The position numbers and the translations under genes were made by a program. Shown one piece after another: positions 1 to 12,164 of a stretch of DNA of 64,000 nt (its first letter is position 1; each line of letters starts with the position of its first letter). The stretch is from Octopus bimaculoides (Eukaryota), in NCBI RefSeq assembly GCF_001194135.2, contig NC_068982.1, forward strand, positions 58,832,287-58,896,286. The letters are read 5' to 3'. The notes under the pieces are model-generated. The model worked only from the letters and a program-made list of their open reading frames with translations, had not been told where the DNA came from and ran no database searches.

Positions 1-26
1 ATATATATATATACACATACATACAA

Positions 27-86
<60 letters not shown>

Positions 87-692
87 GCTAACTTCGGGTG
101 GCACTCAAGCTGGCTCCTGCAGAGAGCACCTTTGAGGCATTTGGCCCCACTATCGGGCCACTTCGCAGCTCTCTACCCTTGTGTAATGTAATGGACTCGG
201 ACACTTTCATTGTATCTGTATCTCCTGGTATTAATTATCCGATACCCCTTTCCAAACTCCCTACCCGACATATATCCACACACCCATACCCTTATACTCA
301 ATACCTATACCTTCATTCGCACCCATACCTAAACCTCGTGTCCCATTAACTTGTTCATTCAACATGTCACATGAATTCCATCTCTGTAACAGTGAGTCGG
401 TGTATCAACCTTTGGACCACTTTCTGCCAGCTTTGCCGATAGACTTACAGTTAGTTTCTAGTTTAACTTACAGCTTCATATAGAACTTACAGCTAAGTTT
501 CTAGCCTTGAAACCACCCTTCAAGAAGCATTCAGGCTAGCTCCTGAGGAGGGCTTTTGGGAATTTTGTAGGGTATTCAGGTAGAAAAACTCTGGAACTCT
601 GGTGCTGAAGGCCTAAGCACCGATATGTAACTGGAACAGGAAGATTAGTTTTCCACCTAGACATAAGTTTCATAAACCAGAAAATATAAAAA

Positions 693-839
693 TTTACATT
701 ATTTACCTTTGACGGATATTTGTCCTCATCTTGCTTGTTGTTAACGCAATGTTTCGCCATATGCCCGTGGGCATATGGCGTACTGGTTAAGAGCGCGGGC
801 TACTAACCCCAAGATTCCGAATTAGATTCCAAGTAGTGA

Positions 840-926
<87 letters not shown>

Positions 927-1122
927 CAACAACAACAACATTGAAAAATACCTTAGGAATGAGAACCCAGGTTCGAAATTTCCCCAAGACACATGATAAA
1001 GGCTGGAGGGTATATCAGCCGAAACGTTGTGTTAACAACAAACCAGATGAGGACAAATATCCGTCAAATGTAAATAATGTAAATAATGTACATAATTCCT
1101 CATCTCTTAAATATAGAACTGT
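693..1122 (+). mobile_element. tRNA-headed non-autonomous retroelement with Penelope-like pLTR tail and type I hammerhead motif, preceded by an inverted, internally deleted copy of itself
   Basis: Head 769-843 has A-box-like TGGCGTACTGG, anticodon-like loop GGG-CTACTAA-CCC and a degenerate B box GAATTAGATTCC. It is followed by (AAT)n/(AAC)n and an HHR-shaped motif at 988-1033. 693-766 is the reverse complement of the first 12 nt of the head joined to the 3' part from 1021 onward. Confidence 0.65.
988..1033 (+). ncRNA. Minimal type I hammerhead ribozyme motif, core mutated in this copy
   Basis: GACAC-ATGATAA-A-GGCTG(gagggtatat)CAGCC-GAA-ACGT-T-GTGTT: stem I GACAC/GTGTT, 5-bp stem II, palindromic ACGT stem III. 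Core ATGATAA differs from CTGATGA at C3 and G8. Confidence 0.6.
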
Positions 1123-1824
1123 ACAAAATATAAATACGCACACTACCACACTTGAAACGTACTTGTTATCTCGATTTGAATGTAGGTGAAGGTATTTAGA
1201 ATGCCCGATCTTATTTCTGCAATCATAGCTTAATCAATAAACGTAGGAGCGAGGTAAACGCAGTAAAAATAGAGAGGTGCAGTGGGGCCCCATTTAAATT
1301 GAACCTCCTTATTACTCCCTGTTATGGCTCCGATTTGGTCTCTAATGTCATGTATTTAGTTTAAAATGCAGTAAAACTAGGGAGGCACTGGGGCTCCAAT
1401 TAGGCGGCCCTTAAAAAAATAATCTTGGGATTATGGGAGTTGCTGGTTTGAGTTTGAGTTTCGTTGTCCTTAGTGTGTGTGTGTGAATGTATATGAATTA
1501 TATGCGCATTTCTGACTGTGCGACGTGAGTGTCTGTGTGATAGCGTCCTTGTGTGTGAGTATGTGTGTAATTGAGTATATTTGTATACGTGTGCGCGTGG
1601 TGCACGTATATATGTTTGCATGCAGGTGAGATGGCCAAGTGGATAAAATTTCGGATAAGTCACTCACGGGTCAATGAACTTAAATGCATCTACAGGTATG
1701 TCGTCCTTTTTCTTGTCTGAAGAGCATTTCTATTGAACATGCATTGTACAAAATAGTTGTTCGGACATTCCCACAGCTCATTTACATATATCAGGGTGTG
1801 TGTGTGTGTGTGTATGTGTGTGTA

Positions 1825-1987
1825 TGTGTCTGTTGACAACCGGTGTTGGTTTTAAGTCCCCATAACTTAGTCCCCCCCCCCCCAAAAAAAAAACCCATAT
1901 AAGTGCCAGTGGTTAATTTGTCCGACTAAACCCGCCAAGGGTGTGCTCCAGCATGGTCGTAGTCCAATGATTAAAACAAGTAAAAGA
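1825..1987 (+). mobile_element. SINE-C 3' fragment
   Basis: Matches the 3' body of 26192-26597 (ttgacaaccggtgttgg...ccagcatgg...aaacaagtaaaaga). Confidence 0.75.
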
Positions 1988-2944
1988 TAATAGTTTCGAA
2001 ATACATACACACATCTATCTATCTATCTATCTAGATGGCTGGATGGACAGACAGACAGACAGACAGACAGATATGCATATATTTTTCTATCTATTCATGG
2101 TTGTATATTCGTACCAGACTTACAGGTAAAAGTTTACCATTCACCAGCGAAGTTATCAAGTTAGACAAAGCGTCGATAACATGTTCATACAAAAGTACTG
2201 CGTAACATGCAATATATATTGCAAATCTACAGCAAGACAAAAACGGCACAAGGACACACATCGAAATATACTTCTGTTATATGCATAACTGCAACTTAGT
2301 AAAGGTTGCTAGAAGATACGCAAAAAGAGTCATTGTCCAAAGCACGATTCGTTTTCATTGTCATTGAAGCTCTTCGTCAGATATGAGAGGATAAAATCGT
2401 GTGTGTGTGTGTGGTCAGTTATGGTACTCATTGATTATTGATTGCTGAAACATCTGAGAGTCACATTGGCGGATCTTTCATTGTCCACTCCCCTGGATGG
2501 ATGCGTCCTCTGAAGTGTTGCATGGTTGAACTCACCATTTTCATTGATCATTCCAAAGGATGAGCATGATATATCTAGCCGTCTTCATTTTCTGTTTCAT
2601 TTCTTCCTTTCATTCTTTCTTTCATTATTTATTTATTTATTGGAAACTGCTAATATTCATCAAATTTGACGGACGAGCTATCATATCATGTAGGACTGTC
2701 CCGGCAGGAAATCCCCTTTATCAGTTATCGACTGAAAACACAGCAATATCGCCACCTTCTGATTGTATAGCTACATCCAGTGGTTCAGATCATTATCGTT
2801 GCCGTTATTTTATCCAAGTTCTTTAGTCCAGTTTGAAGAAAACTTTTTGAGCCCTCCATCCATGCAACAACACTTTCCAAGCCGCATGGAACTGTAACTA
2901 ACCATACATTGTTTTACTGGTCATTGAAGATTTATTCTTTGCTC

Positions 2945-3295
2945 TTAGGTTTGATCTTTCTATATCATGCCATTATCCATGATGAAGTTTTTCTAGTTTC
3001 CTCTCCAGTTCCCAAATCCTTGCTGCTCTGTTATCCTACCTTAGCACAGTGCCTGTGAACTGGGACATAATGGATTTAAATACAATACCACGCTATCCCA
3101 ACTCTACTGGGAACACAGTACACTAACATTTTTGTACCTTACATGAATTCTCAAGTTCTTTATATTTCAAATCTTTCCTTTCATAAACCTACATCATACT
3201 CCATTATGAAGGCATACCAGGAAATTTTTGCTGAGTCAGACACTATAAAGAAGGCCTTTGCATCGGTATTGCAATATGGGTTGGGACAACGACGA
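2945..3295 (-). pseudogene. Degenerate RLE-domain C-terminus of a HERO-like (R2-group) non-LTR retrotransposon
   Basis: Minus-strand translation gives VPTHIAIPMQRP (3287-3252), YERKDLKYKELENSC, FPVELG*RGIV (FPVELG at 3113-3096) and SSWIW after a frameshift. These follow the order of the HERO-type motifs FPxxIxxTxLRPD / ERKxxKY / FPVEVGCRGF / SxWxW. Confidence 0.65.
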
Positions 3296-3683
3296 TGCTG
3301 CTGCTCGTACTGTTGAAAGAATTGTAGAGCAAAATACAATTATGAAACCTCTGTGAAATTCTTACTTTTTTAATGTTCTAAATATTTTTCGCTGAACAAT
3401 CTTTTAAGCTAATTTTAAATACACGCCAACTTATTCCACTTATAATATTTGCTCAGTAAAATATATACTAGCGCCAAATTAAATTTATCCCCACTTAAAC
3501 GTGGATGCTCTGTTAGAACAAATTATACTGCGGTAGATGATACCATGTAAGAAACTCTCATAATGACTTTCGGTGCAAATGCATTCTTGTTTAGTTTGTT
3601 CAAAGAGAACATCCACATTTAGGTGGAGATAAATATTACCTTCTGAATTAATACTGCCTCTGTCGATAATATATATATTAACA

Positions 3684-4068
3684 GTGGAGGCGCAATGGCC
3701 CAGTGGTTAGGGCAGCGGACTCGCGGTCATAGTATCGCGGTTTCGATTCCCAGACTGGGCGTTGTGAGTGTTTATTGAGCGAAAACACCTAAAGCTCCAC
3801 GAGGCTTCGGCAGGGGATAGTGGCGAACCCTGCTGTACCCTTTCACAACTTTCTCTCACTCTTACTTCCTGTTTCTATTGTGCCTGTAATTCAAAGGGCC
3901 AGCCTTATCACACACTGTGTCACGCTGAATATCCCTGAGAACTACGTTAAGGGTACACGTGTCTGTGGAGTGCTCAGCCACTTGCACGTTAATTTCACGA
4001 GCAGACTGTTCCGTTGATCGGATCAAATGGAACCCTCGACGTCGTAAGCGACGGAGTGCCAACAACAA
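3684..4068 (+). mobile_element. SINE-A, full-length tRNA-derived SINE
   Basis: A box TGGCCCAGTGG, B box GTTTCGATTCC, (AAC)n tail; near-identical to 7755-8142 and 56569-56942. Confidence 0.9.
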
Positions 4069-4237
4069 AGATACAGTGGATATGTGTATGATACTTAAAC
4101 ACTAAACATGAAGTCAATATCTTTTTCTCCGTGATACTGGCCTTAAAATATGTGAACTATCTCATCAGCGGTCTGAATATATTTATCTAAAGCGGTCAAA
4201 ATTAAGACCAACAAATGCTTGGGTAGCGTCTTGAAGA

Positions 4238-4355
4238 ATTTCAGTCGAACGGATCGACCCCAATACTTTTCTTTTTAATTCCTGGTACTTATTCTGTCGG
4301 TCTTGTTTGCTGAACCGCTATGTTACGGGCATGTAAGTAAACCAACACCGGTTGT
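4238..4355 (-). mobile_element. SINE-C 3' fragment
   Basis: Reverse complement matches the SINE-C 3' body. Confidence 0.7.
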
Positions 4356-4649
4356 TGGTATATATGTGTGTGTGTGTGTGCGCGCGCGTATAATGCTGTG
4401 TAGAGACTGTCATATCAAAGAATAGATCCAACGTTTCCTCTGCGTGCCGTAAGAAGTGGTTGAGGTTGGATTTGCACCCCGACCTCATAAACTACTCATT
4501 AGCAACGACTACCCCAAAACAGACTTATGTGTTGTGGGGTTGTAGTCTGAGTGGTGCAGAGGTGTCATCCGCCAGGAGTAGGTAATCACTAACAAAAGGG
4601 AGTGGGGTGGTGATGACATATAGCAACGCGCTGTTACAGCGCATGCCCC

Positions 4650-4751
4650 TATACTACTACTACTACTACCACCACTACTACTAATACTACTACTACTACT
4701 ACCATCACCACCACCACCACCACCACCACTACTACTACTACTATCACCACC

Positions 4752-4795
<44 letters not shown>

Positions 4796-4830
4796 CACCA
4801 CCACAACTACTACTACTACTACTACTACTA
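4650..4830. repeat. (ACT)n/(ACC)n compound trinucleotide repeat
   Basis: Direct reading; source of the poly-V/S/G ORFs. Confidence 0.95.
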
Positions 4831-5150
4831 AATATACACACACACATATAATGTAGTTGTAGGTTATGGCCGGTCAGGAAGTTACCATTGGTTTCAGGTT
4901 TATTATTGCTCTTCGCAATATAGGTGACAAACCAGACCCGCTGGCCGCAGGCACACAACCTTTTTACTAATGGAGGTAAAGGCTATGTGAAGAAATTGTC
5001 TCCGGCCAGCGGATCGAATGAGTCGCCAGTATTGCTAAGAGCAATAACTGACGTGAAACCAATAGTAACTTTCTGACTACATAAAATATTACTGCTCAAA
5101 AATTCTTAGTCTGCTTTTTATTCGGACTTATGAACAACTGATTGAATGCA

Positions 5151-5198
<48 letters not shown>

Positions 5199-5249
5199 GT
5201 GAATGAGTGAAGAGAGAGACGAGGGAGAGGAGGTAGAGGGAGAGAGAAC

Positions 5250-5313
5250 AAAACTGGTGAGTTGGTTCATAAAGTATTTAATTACATCATGTATGAACTA
5301 ACTTACCAGTTTT
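5250..5313 (+). ncRNA. Pre-miRNA-like hairpin (candidate)
   Basis: AAAACTGGTGAGTTGGTTCATA (5250-5271) pairs fully with TATGAACTAACTTACCAGTTTT (5292-5313) via two G:U pairs; 20-nt loop; partial basal extension (agagaac/atttctct). Confidence 0.35.
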
Positions 5314-5547
5314 ATTTCTCTATCTGTACTGAGTGACCTTCCTAACTTTGCCTATAATGCAGGAGTTCTCTTCTGCAATTTTTCCTTCCAAGGTATATGG
5401 ATGCACACACGGAGTTCTCAGTACCGGTTATATGTCATGTAATATCCCACTGTACAAATATGTGCGTGTGTGTATATGTGAGAAAGAAAAAGTGAGATAG
5501 ATAGATAGATGAAGAGAGATAGAGATAGATAGATAGAGAGAGAGAGG

Positions 5548-5590
<43 letters not shown>

Positions 5591-6376
5591 CTGAAATAAG
5601 ATTGGCATTTAGTCCAAATGGTTCTGGTTTTGTACACCGGTTGTGGAAAGAAGAAAATTAAAAAAAAGCTCTTGAATGAATGACCTTCGGTGATCTCCAG
5701 CAGCAGACGTCCCCCAAATCAAAACTGAAATGGCTGAAGGTAACCCGTAATCCTTGAGTATTGCATATTATTCTATAAATATTTGGCTACGATCCAACGT
5801 TTTCGAGGACTATGATCTAAGGAGAGGTATGTTTAAAAAATATATAACAGAAATACCGAAACTGGCTGAAAATTTGAATATTACTTCCGTCATTTAAAAT
5901 ATTTTTTCTTTCCTTATACAATTTTATTTAAAAAAAAAAAAGATCTGACAACCTTTAGCAAAATTATGTAAATTAAAGTAAGTGTGGTTATGTAGGATGT
6001 AGTGTTTTTGCTTCAAATGGTAAACATAATTACATGTATGTTTTATAGAACATCAAAAGGAAACGCAACTGAGCTATAGATATTTTGGCTTGTCATAAAG
6101 TTTATTTATCAACATTTATCTTAGTAATAGCAATAGCAACACCAAAGGTTACATTGAGCACGCACTTTAGTCGCTCGTTGTTACGTAATCAAACAAATAT
6201 TAACAAAAAAAAAAAGCTGAAGAGAAGGAAACTGAGGGAAATTTTGACACAGAAATATAAATAAATCCTTCCATACATAAGTGCAATATTTTTCAATGTT
6301 TGAATATTTTGCATTGCTAATTATAATATTTGTTAATTTATGAAACAAACTTCTTTCTATGTATCTATATATTTTA

Positions 6377-6750
6377 TCTTTTACTTGTTTCAGTCATTAG
6401 ACTGCGGTTATACTAGGTATTGTCTTGAAGAAATTTTAGTCGAATGCATCGACCCCATAACTTATTTCTTAATACGCCTAGTACTTATTCTGTCTGGGGA
6501 CGTAAACACACCAACATGAGTTGTCAAGCGTTGTAGGTGGACAAACACATACACACACACGCACGCACACACACATATCTTTATATACGACGGGGTTCTT
6601 TTAGTTTCCGTCTACCAAATCCACTCAAAAGGCCTTGGTCGGCCCGAGGCTATCGCAGAAGATACTAGCCCATGGTGCCACGCAGTGGTGCTAAATACAA
6701 AACCATATGGTTGGGAAGCAAGCTTCTTACCACACAGCCACGCCTGCGCC
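6377..6750 (-). mobile_element. SINE-C, full-length, with internal microsatellite
   Basis: Reverse complement starts GGCGCAGGCGTGGCTGTGTGGTAAG, has internal (TG)n and ends ...AAACAAGTAAAAGA. Confidence 0.88.
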
Positions 6751-7754
6751 TGTATATTTTTCTAAACATGTTATTGGAATGTATTTCGTGCAACAAACAT
6801 TTTAAACAACAAATATTTGGAATATATTAAGTCTCTATCTACCTAATATGCGCCAGCGTTTAGAAATATTTTGTCATATCAATTTTATCCATTAGTATAA
6901 GAAAGAAATTATAAATTGTGTTGTTATGTACTCAATTGGGAAAATATACGATTTCCTAACATGTATGTTATTTATTTGAATATATTTTGCATTATTAACA
7001 TATGGACGCACATACTTACATATAAGCACGAACACATAAGTGCGTGCACACATACGAGCGCACACACATACGAGCGTGCACACATACGAGCTTGCACACA
7101 CTCACATGCTCATACCGAACAATTTCAAAACAACGCCAAATCATACATTCAAAATAAATGCAAGTGGAGAGACAAGTTACTGAAGAGATTGCAAGAGTGC
7201 AATGAAATGATTTAACAAAAAACTATATAAATTAATAAAGGACTGAACCAGTGCGTGTGTTTATTACCGGCATAATGCCTCTCACAAGGTTTAATAGTAA
7301 AAGATATTTTATGCTGATGAATAATACTATCACTAATTCTACACAGTAGGGTCGCACATATAGCTGGTAGAAAAACTTCACTTAACTCGGAATATTCATA
7401 CAATTAAACGAAAAAAAATTCCTCTAGATGTGCTTAAAGTCAAAAATCGACCAGTATGGAAGGTAACTGCTACAACATCAGCCAATGGAAAATGCAGAAA
7501 ATAAAAACAATGCAAAAAGGTGTGAATCTTGTCTTTAAAACCAGATGGTGAAAGCAATAAATGTGTTTCTATCTCCTTAGTGAAATATATTTATCTCAGT
7601 TGGATATGCCAATAGTGATCTGCATATTCAAATATAGAAGGAAACTAATGACGCTGATTATGAATATCAATAAGAAAGCTGAGGGAACTTACATAAGAGG
7701 TGCTTTCTGTATATAGAATACACAAAGCGTTTTATATCTGTAATATAGTGAGCT

Positions 7755-8142
7755 GTGGAGGCGCAATGGCCCGGTGGTTAGGGCAGCGGACTCGCGGTCA
7801 TAGGATCGCGGTTTCGATTCCCAGACCGGGCGTTGTGAGTGTTTATTGGGCGAAAACACCTAAAGCTCCACGAGGCTCCGGCAGGGGATGGTGGCGAACC
7901 CTGCTGTACTCTTTCACCACAACTTTCTCTCACTCTTCCTTCCTGTTTCTGTTGTGCCTGTAATTCAAAGGGTCAGCCTTGTCACACTGTGTCACGCTGA
8001 ATATCCCCGAGAACTACGTTAAGGGTACACGTGTCTGTGGAGTGCTCAGCCACTTGCACGTTAATTTCACGAGCAGGCTGTTCCGTTGGTCGGATCAACT
8101 GGAACCCTCGACATCGTAAGCGACGGAGTGCCAACAACAACA
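7755..8142 (+). mobile_element. SINE-A, full-length, 10-bp TSD
   Basis: ATAGTGAGCT at 7745-7754 and 8143-8152; A/B boxes; (AAC)n tail. Confidence 0.93.
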
Positions 8143-8914
8143 ATAGTGAGCTATTCGAAAGGATGGTAATTATATTTACAATAAGATTTCCTTTGATTTG
8201 ACACACATCTACGTCTTAATAACTTAGCATTCTGACGAATAATTCGATGTAAGTTAAATATTTGTATTAATTCTATTTTTTATTTTATATTTTCGTGTAT
8301 CCTTCCAGGAGAAATTGTTAAGTCGATTTTCAGTAATATTTAAACTCAGACGAGAGTAGAATAAAGGCGGGGAAAAAAAACTAAAGTGAACATTACTCAA
8401 GCACACTCTACTTCGTATAAACTCACCACCCTGCTGTCAAACAAACACTACCACCACAACAACAGCAGCAACACCAACAGGGTAACAACAGAAATGTAAC
8501 GAATATGAAGAAAATTGTCTTCTAGCTCATGAAATGATTTTTTTTTTTTTTAAATATTTATTTTCACTACTTTATATCCATTTGTCCATATTTCTATGGG
8601 TGGGACACGGTTTTATTGGAGCAATTGTTTTTACAGCCGGATCTCTTTCCTGCCAATAACCACTCAGCCATGAAGTAGGGAGTGGAACATATTTTAATAT
8701 GATTTTTTTTCTTTTACTTCTCCTTTTGTCATTCAGGAAAACCGGAGTAAGCAGAGTTATGCGCTTTATTCGTAGGAAGAACGACACAATAACTGTAAGA
8801 AGACGTGTAACCATTTGAATTTATCACTATGTGGTCTGTAGCACAGTATCTCAGCGTTATGTATAGCAGTTGTATGCTTTTGTATTGAAGAATGTCTGTC
8901 TGTTTGTCTGTCTG

Positions 8915-8947
<33 letters not shown>

Positions 8948-9395
8948 NNNNNNNNNNNNNNNNNNNNNNNNNNNNNNNNNNNNNNNNNNNNNNNNNNNNN
9001 NNNNNNNNNNNNNNNNNNNNNNNNNNNNNNNNNNNNNNNNNNNNNNNNNNNNNNNNNNNNNNNNNNNNNNNNNNNNNNNNNNNNNNNNNNNNNNNNNNNN
9101 NNNNNNNNNNNNNNNNNNNNNNNNNNNNNNNNNNNNNNNNNNNNNNNNNNNNNNNNNNNNNNNNNNNNNNNNNNNNNNNNNNNNNNNNNNNNNNNNNNNN
9201 NNNNNNNNNNNNNNNNNNNNNNNNNNNNNNNNNNNNNNNNNNNNNNNNNNNNNNNNNNNNNNNNNNNNNNNNNNNNNNNNNNNNNNNNNNNNNNNNNNNN
9301 NNNNNNNNNNNNNNNNNNNNNNNNNNNNNNNNNNNNNNNNNNNNNNNNNNNNNNNNNNNNNNNNNNNNNNNNNNNNNNNNNNNNNNNNNNNNNNN

Positions 9396-9436
<41 letters not shown>

Positions 9437-9643
9437 ATATGTTTGTGTGTCTGTGTTTGTCCCCCCAACATCGCTTGACAACAGATGCTGGTGTGTTTAC
9501 GTCCCCGTAACATAGCGGTTCGGCAAAACATACTGATAGAATAAGTACTAGGCTTCCAAAGAATAAGTTCTGGGGTCGATTTGCTCGACTAAAGGCGGTG
9601 CTCCAGCATGGCTACAGTTAAATGACTGAAACAAGTAAAAGAG
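9396..9643 (+). mobile_element. SINE-C, 3' half (head probably in the N gap)
   Basis: (TA)n(TG)n followed by a close match to the 3' body of 26192-26597. Confidence 0.88.
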
Positions 9644-9681
<38 letters not shown>

Positions 9682-9756
9682 CATGCGAGATAGATAGATA
9701 AATAGATGTTTGTGCATATATGTGTGGTTACTTGCTATTATACACTTACATGTTCT

Positions 9757-9956
9757 CTTTCATCTTATTTGTCTCAGTCATTGGACTGCGACCATGCTGG
9801 AGCACCGCCTCGAAAGGCTTTAGTCGAACAAATCAATCCCAATACTTATTCCTTATAGCCTGATGCTTATATCGATCTTTTATGCCGTGTTACTAAATTC
9901 TGGTGGCGGAAACAAACTAGTACTGGTTGTCAAACGTTGAGAGGACGCGCACACGC

Positions 9957-9992
<36 letters not shown>

Positions 9993-10163
9993 GATGGGTT
10001 TCTTTTAACTTCCGTCTACCAAATTCACAAGGCTATGGTCGGAAAAGAAGTATAGTAGAAGATATGTGCTTAAGGTCCCATGTACTGTGGTAAAAGTCCC
10101 ATGTACTGTGGTAATGAAATCGAAACCCTGCGGCTAGGGAGCAAACTTCTTATCACACAGCTA
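9757..10163 (-). mobile_element. SINE-C, diverged full-length copy
   Basis: Reverse complement aligns to SINE-C; internal (CA)n; short tandem duplication gtcccatgtactgtggtaa near 10075-10113. Confidence 0.8.
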
Positions 10164-10962
10164 TTCTATAACAGCAATTTCTCTTAACTCCGTCTTATTT
10201 TTTGTTTTGTTTTATATAAAGTAAGGAGTGCAAACGACTGCATTGATCTCAGCATATTACTGGTACGTTAGTAGTAGCAGTATAAGAATATCGTATTAAC
10301 TGCCTTCCTATCCTTAGAATTCCTATTAATACAATAAATACAGCTAATGCGAACACTTAAAAAATCCTTGTACAGAAGTATTTTTCTCAAATGTTTAGAA
10401 CGTATAAAACTTCGTTGTTTAATGAATGAGACTATGAGAGAATATACCCCATCTCCATTCCAGTTCTGAGCAGCAAGGGATTGGTGTCGAATTTAGTGCA
10501 GTTTCATACTTTGTGCAAATCTTATCACAAACTATTTAGCAAGACTATAAACAATAAGACTGAAGAAAAATACCCCAGGGTACTCACTGCATGCTAAATA
10601 TAAATACAGTAGGGTCTCACATATGTAATTTACTGAGTTGAAAAAGTTCGATCAACTGAGATTAACCACGTAATTACTTGAGAAAAATACCCTCTAAGGA
10701 TGTTTAAAATCTAAAAACAACAAACAGGGGAGATAAATTAGATAAGAACAGTTAATAGCAATTTTTGGAAGATATAAATATAAATGCTAGTCAATGAGGA
10801 TGCCTATATGTGGTCGGTAGAAAGAGCAGCCAGATCTCTATCAGATATCTGTTAGAATTTAAAAAGAAAGAAATGTCATATGGAAGAATATACACTCAGA
10901 TATTTCGTTTTTGTATTTGGTTTGCATGATCCTTGATGTTAACTCGTGTGTTGAAACATTCT

Positions 10963-11300
10963 TTTATATCTCGTGAGGGTCATTATGTTAATAAACACAC
11001 GCACTGGTTCTATATCACTTCTTTATCTTTATTAGTCAACTGGTTAACCACTTAACCAAGTAGCTAATCTATTGTTTAATTACTCATTCGATCAAGCAAT
11101 CAATAAGATAAGATTTTCAAAGTCCCTTCATTGCTATTCGCTATCTCATCAACGACACGTCTTCTCTATTGATTGGTTGAGTGAACTATTAATCGACAAA
11201 TATGTTAGCTAGTTGGGTTAACGGTTAACCGATTGTCTAATAAAAATAAAGAAGTTAAACAGAACCAGTGCATGTGTTTATTGACCCACGCGAAATAAAC
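10963..11300. mobile_element. Foldback MITE-like element with about 120-140-bp imperfect terminal inverted repeats, superfamily unassigned
   Basis: aataaacacacgcactggttc...caatcaataaga (10990-11108) mirrors tctctattgattggttg...gaaccagtgcatgtgtttatt (11164-11282). The same terminus recurs at about 7245-7290. Confidence 0.7.
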
Positions 11301-11587
11301 TCAGATGTTATAAGAGAAAACAAATCTTAAATTAGACTTAGAAAGCTTTTAATCAAATATTTGCTCGATCAGGGAAGTTCTCAAAAGTTGTATACGTTAT
11401 AGCGGTAAGGTATTTACAGTTTTTTAAAATTTGTGATGTGTTAATACATTTACTAATCTTGAAGTAGATATAGTATTGTAATCCGAAATTTCTACTGGTT
11501 GTCACAGTAGAACCAATATGGAATTTGCTAGACTCCCGCATAGTATTACAGCTGACGCTTCTTGATATGACACACAATGATCCTTAA

Positions 11588-11877
11588 CCCATTACCTCCC
11601 ATAATTCTATTAACTGAAATTTTTTTATGAAACTTTGATTTCTCGCATAAAACAGCCTTAGAAACACGCTGGAATGATCAAAATAACATTTCAAAATAAC
11701 ATTTTAAATAGAAATAAGCGAGATATAGGGTGAAAAATTAACAAACCTCATTTGAATATCGGAGAAATATACCTAGTGGATATAGCAAAAAGGTTAGATA
11801 AGTGTAAATATTGACAGATAATTACGAAATTTGTAATTTTTAAGTGATCTCATATGAGATCACTGGTAGGTAATGGG
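11588..11877 (+). mobile_element. piggyBac-superfamily MITE
   Basis: TTAA at 11584-11587 and 11878-11881; TIR CCCATTACCT(C/A)CCA; internal palindrome GTGATCTCATATGAGATCAC; second copy at 39161-39422. Confidence 0.85.
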
Positions 11878-12164
11878 TTAAGCTTACCATAGCTCAAAAC
11901 TGCAGTATGTTTAGCAACCATTTGATACTGCAACGAATTTAAAGCATACTACTTGGAATTTATTCCAGAAGACAATATACACTTTAGACGAATTACTTGA
12001 AGAAATGAGAGTCTTAAGTATGGAAAGGACATTAGATAATGCATTTCTCATGCAACGCCCAGCTAAAATACAAGGCCTCGAGTCAGAGGTGAAATTCATA
12101 TATCTATTTTGATATGTATCTTGGTTGCTCGGTTGCAAATACTCCATGTTTGTGTAACGAATTC

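Noticed and set aside
98-349. 83-aa ORF and nearby CCTGAGGAGGG motif (about 541-552)
   Set aside because: No homology recognised. No GAAA and stem III could be placed for a hammerhead. It may be a decayed pLTR but is unsupported.
1262-1412. Direct repeat gcagtaaaa...gggg(c)cc and a GGCGGCCCT end resembling a hAT MITE terminus
   Set aside because: Only one end is visible and there is no TSD.
2340-2385. Minus-strand CTGACGAAGAGC hammerhead 5' half
   Set aside because: No matching stem II partner and no valid stem III or cleavage triplet downstream.
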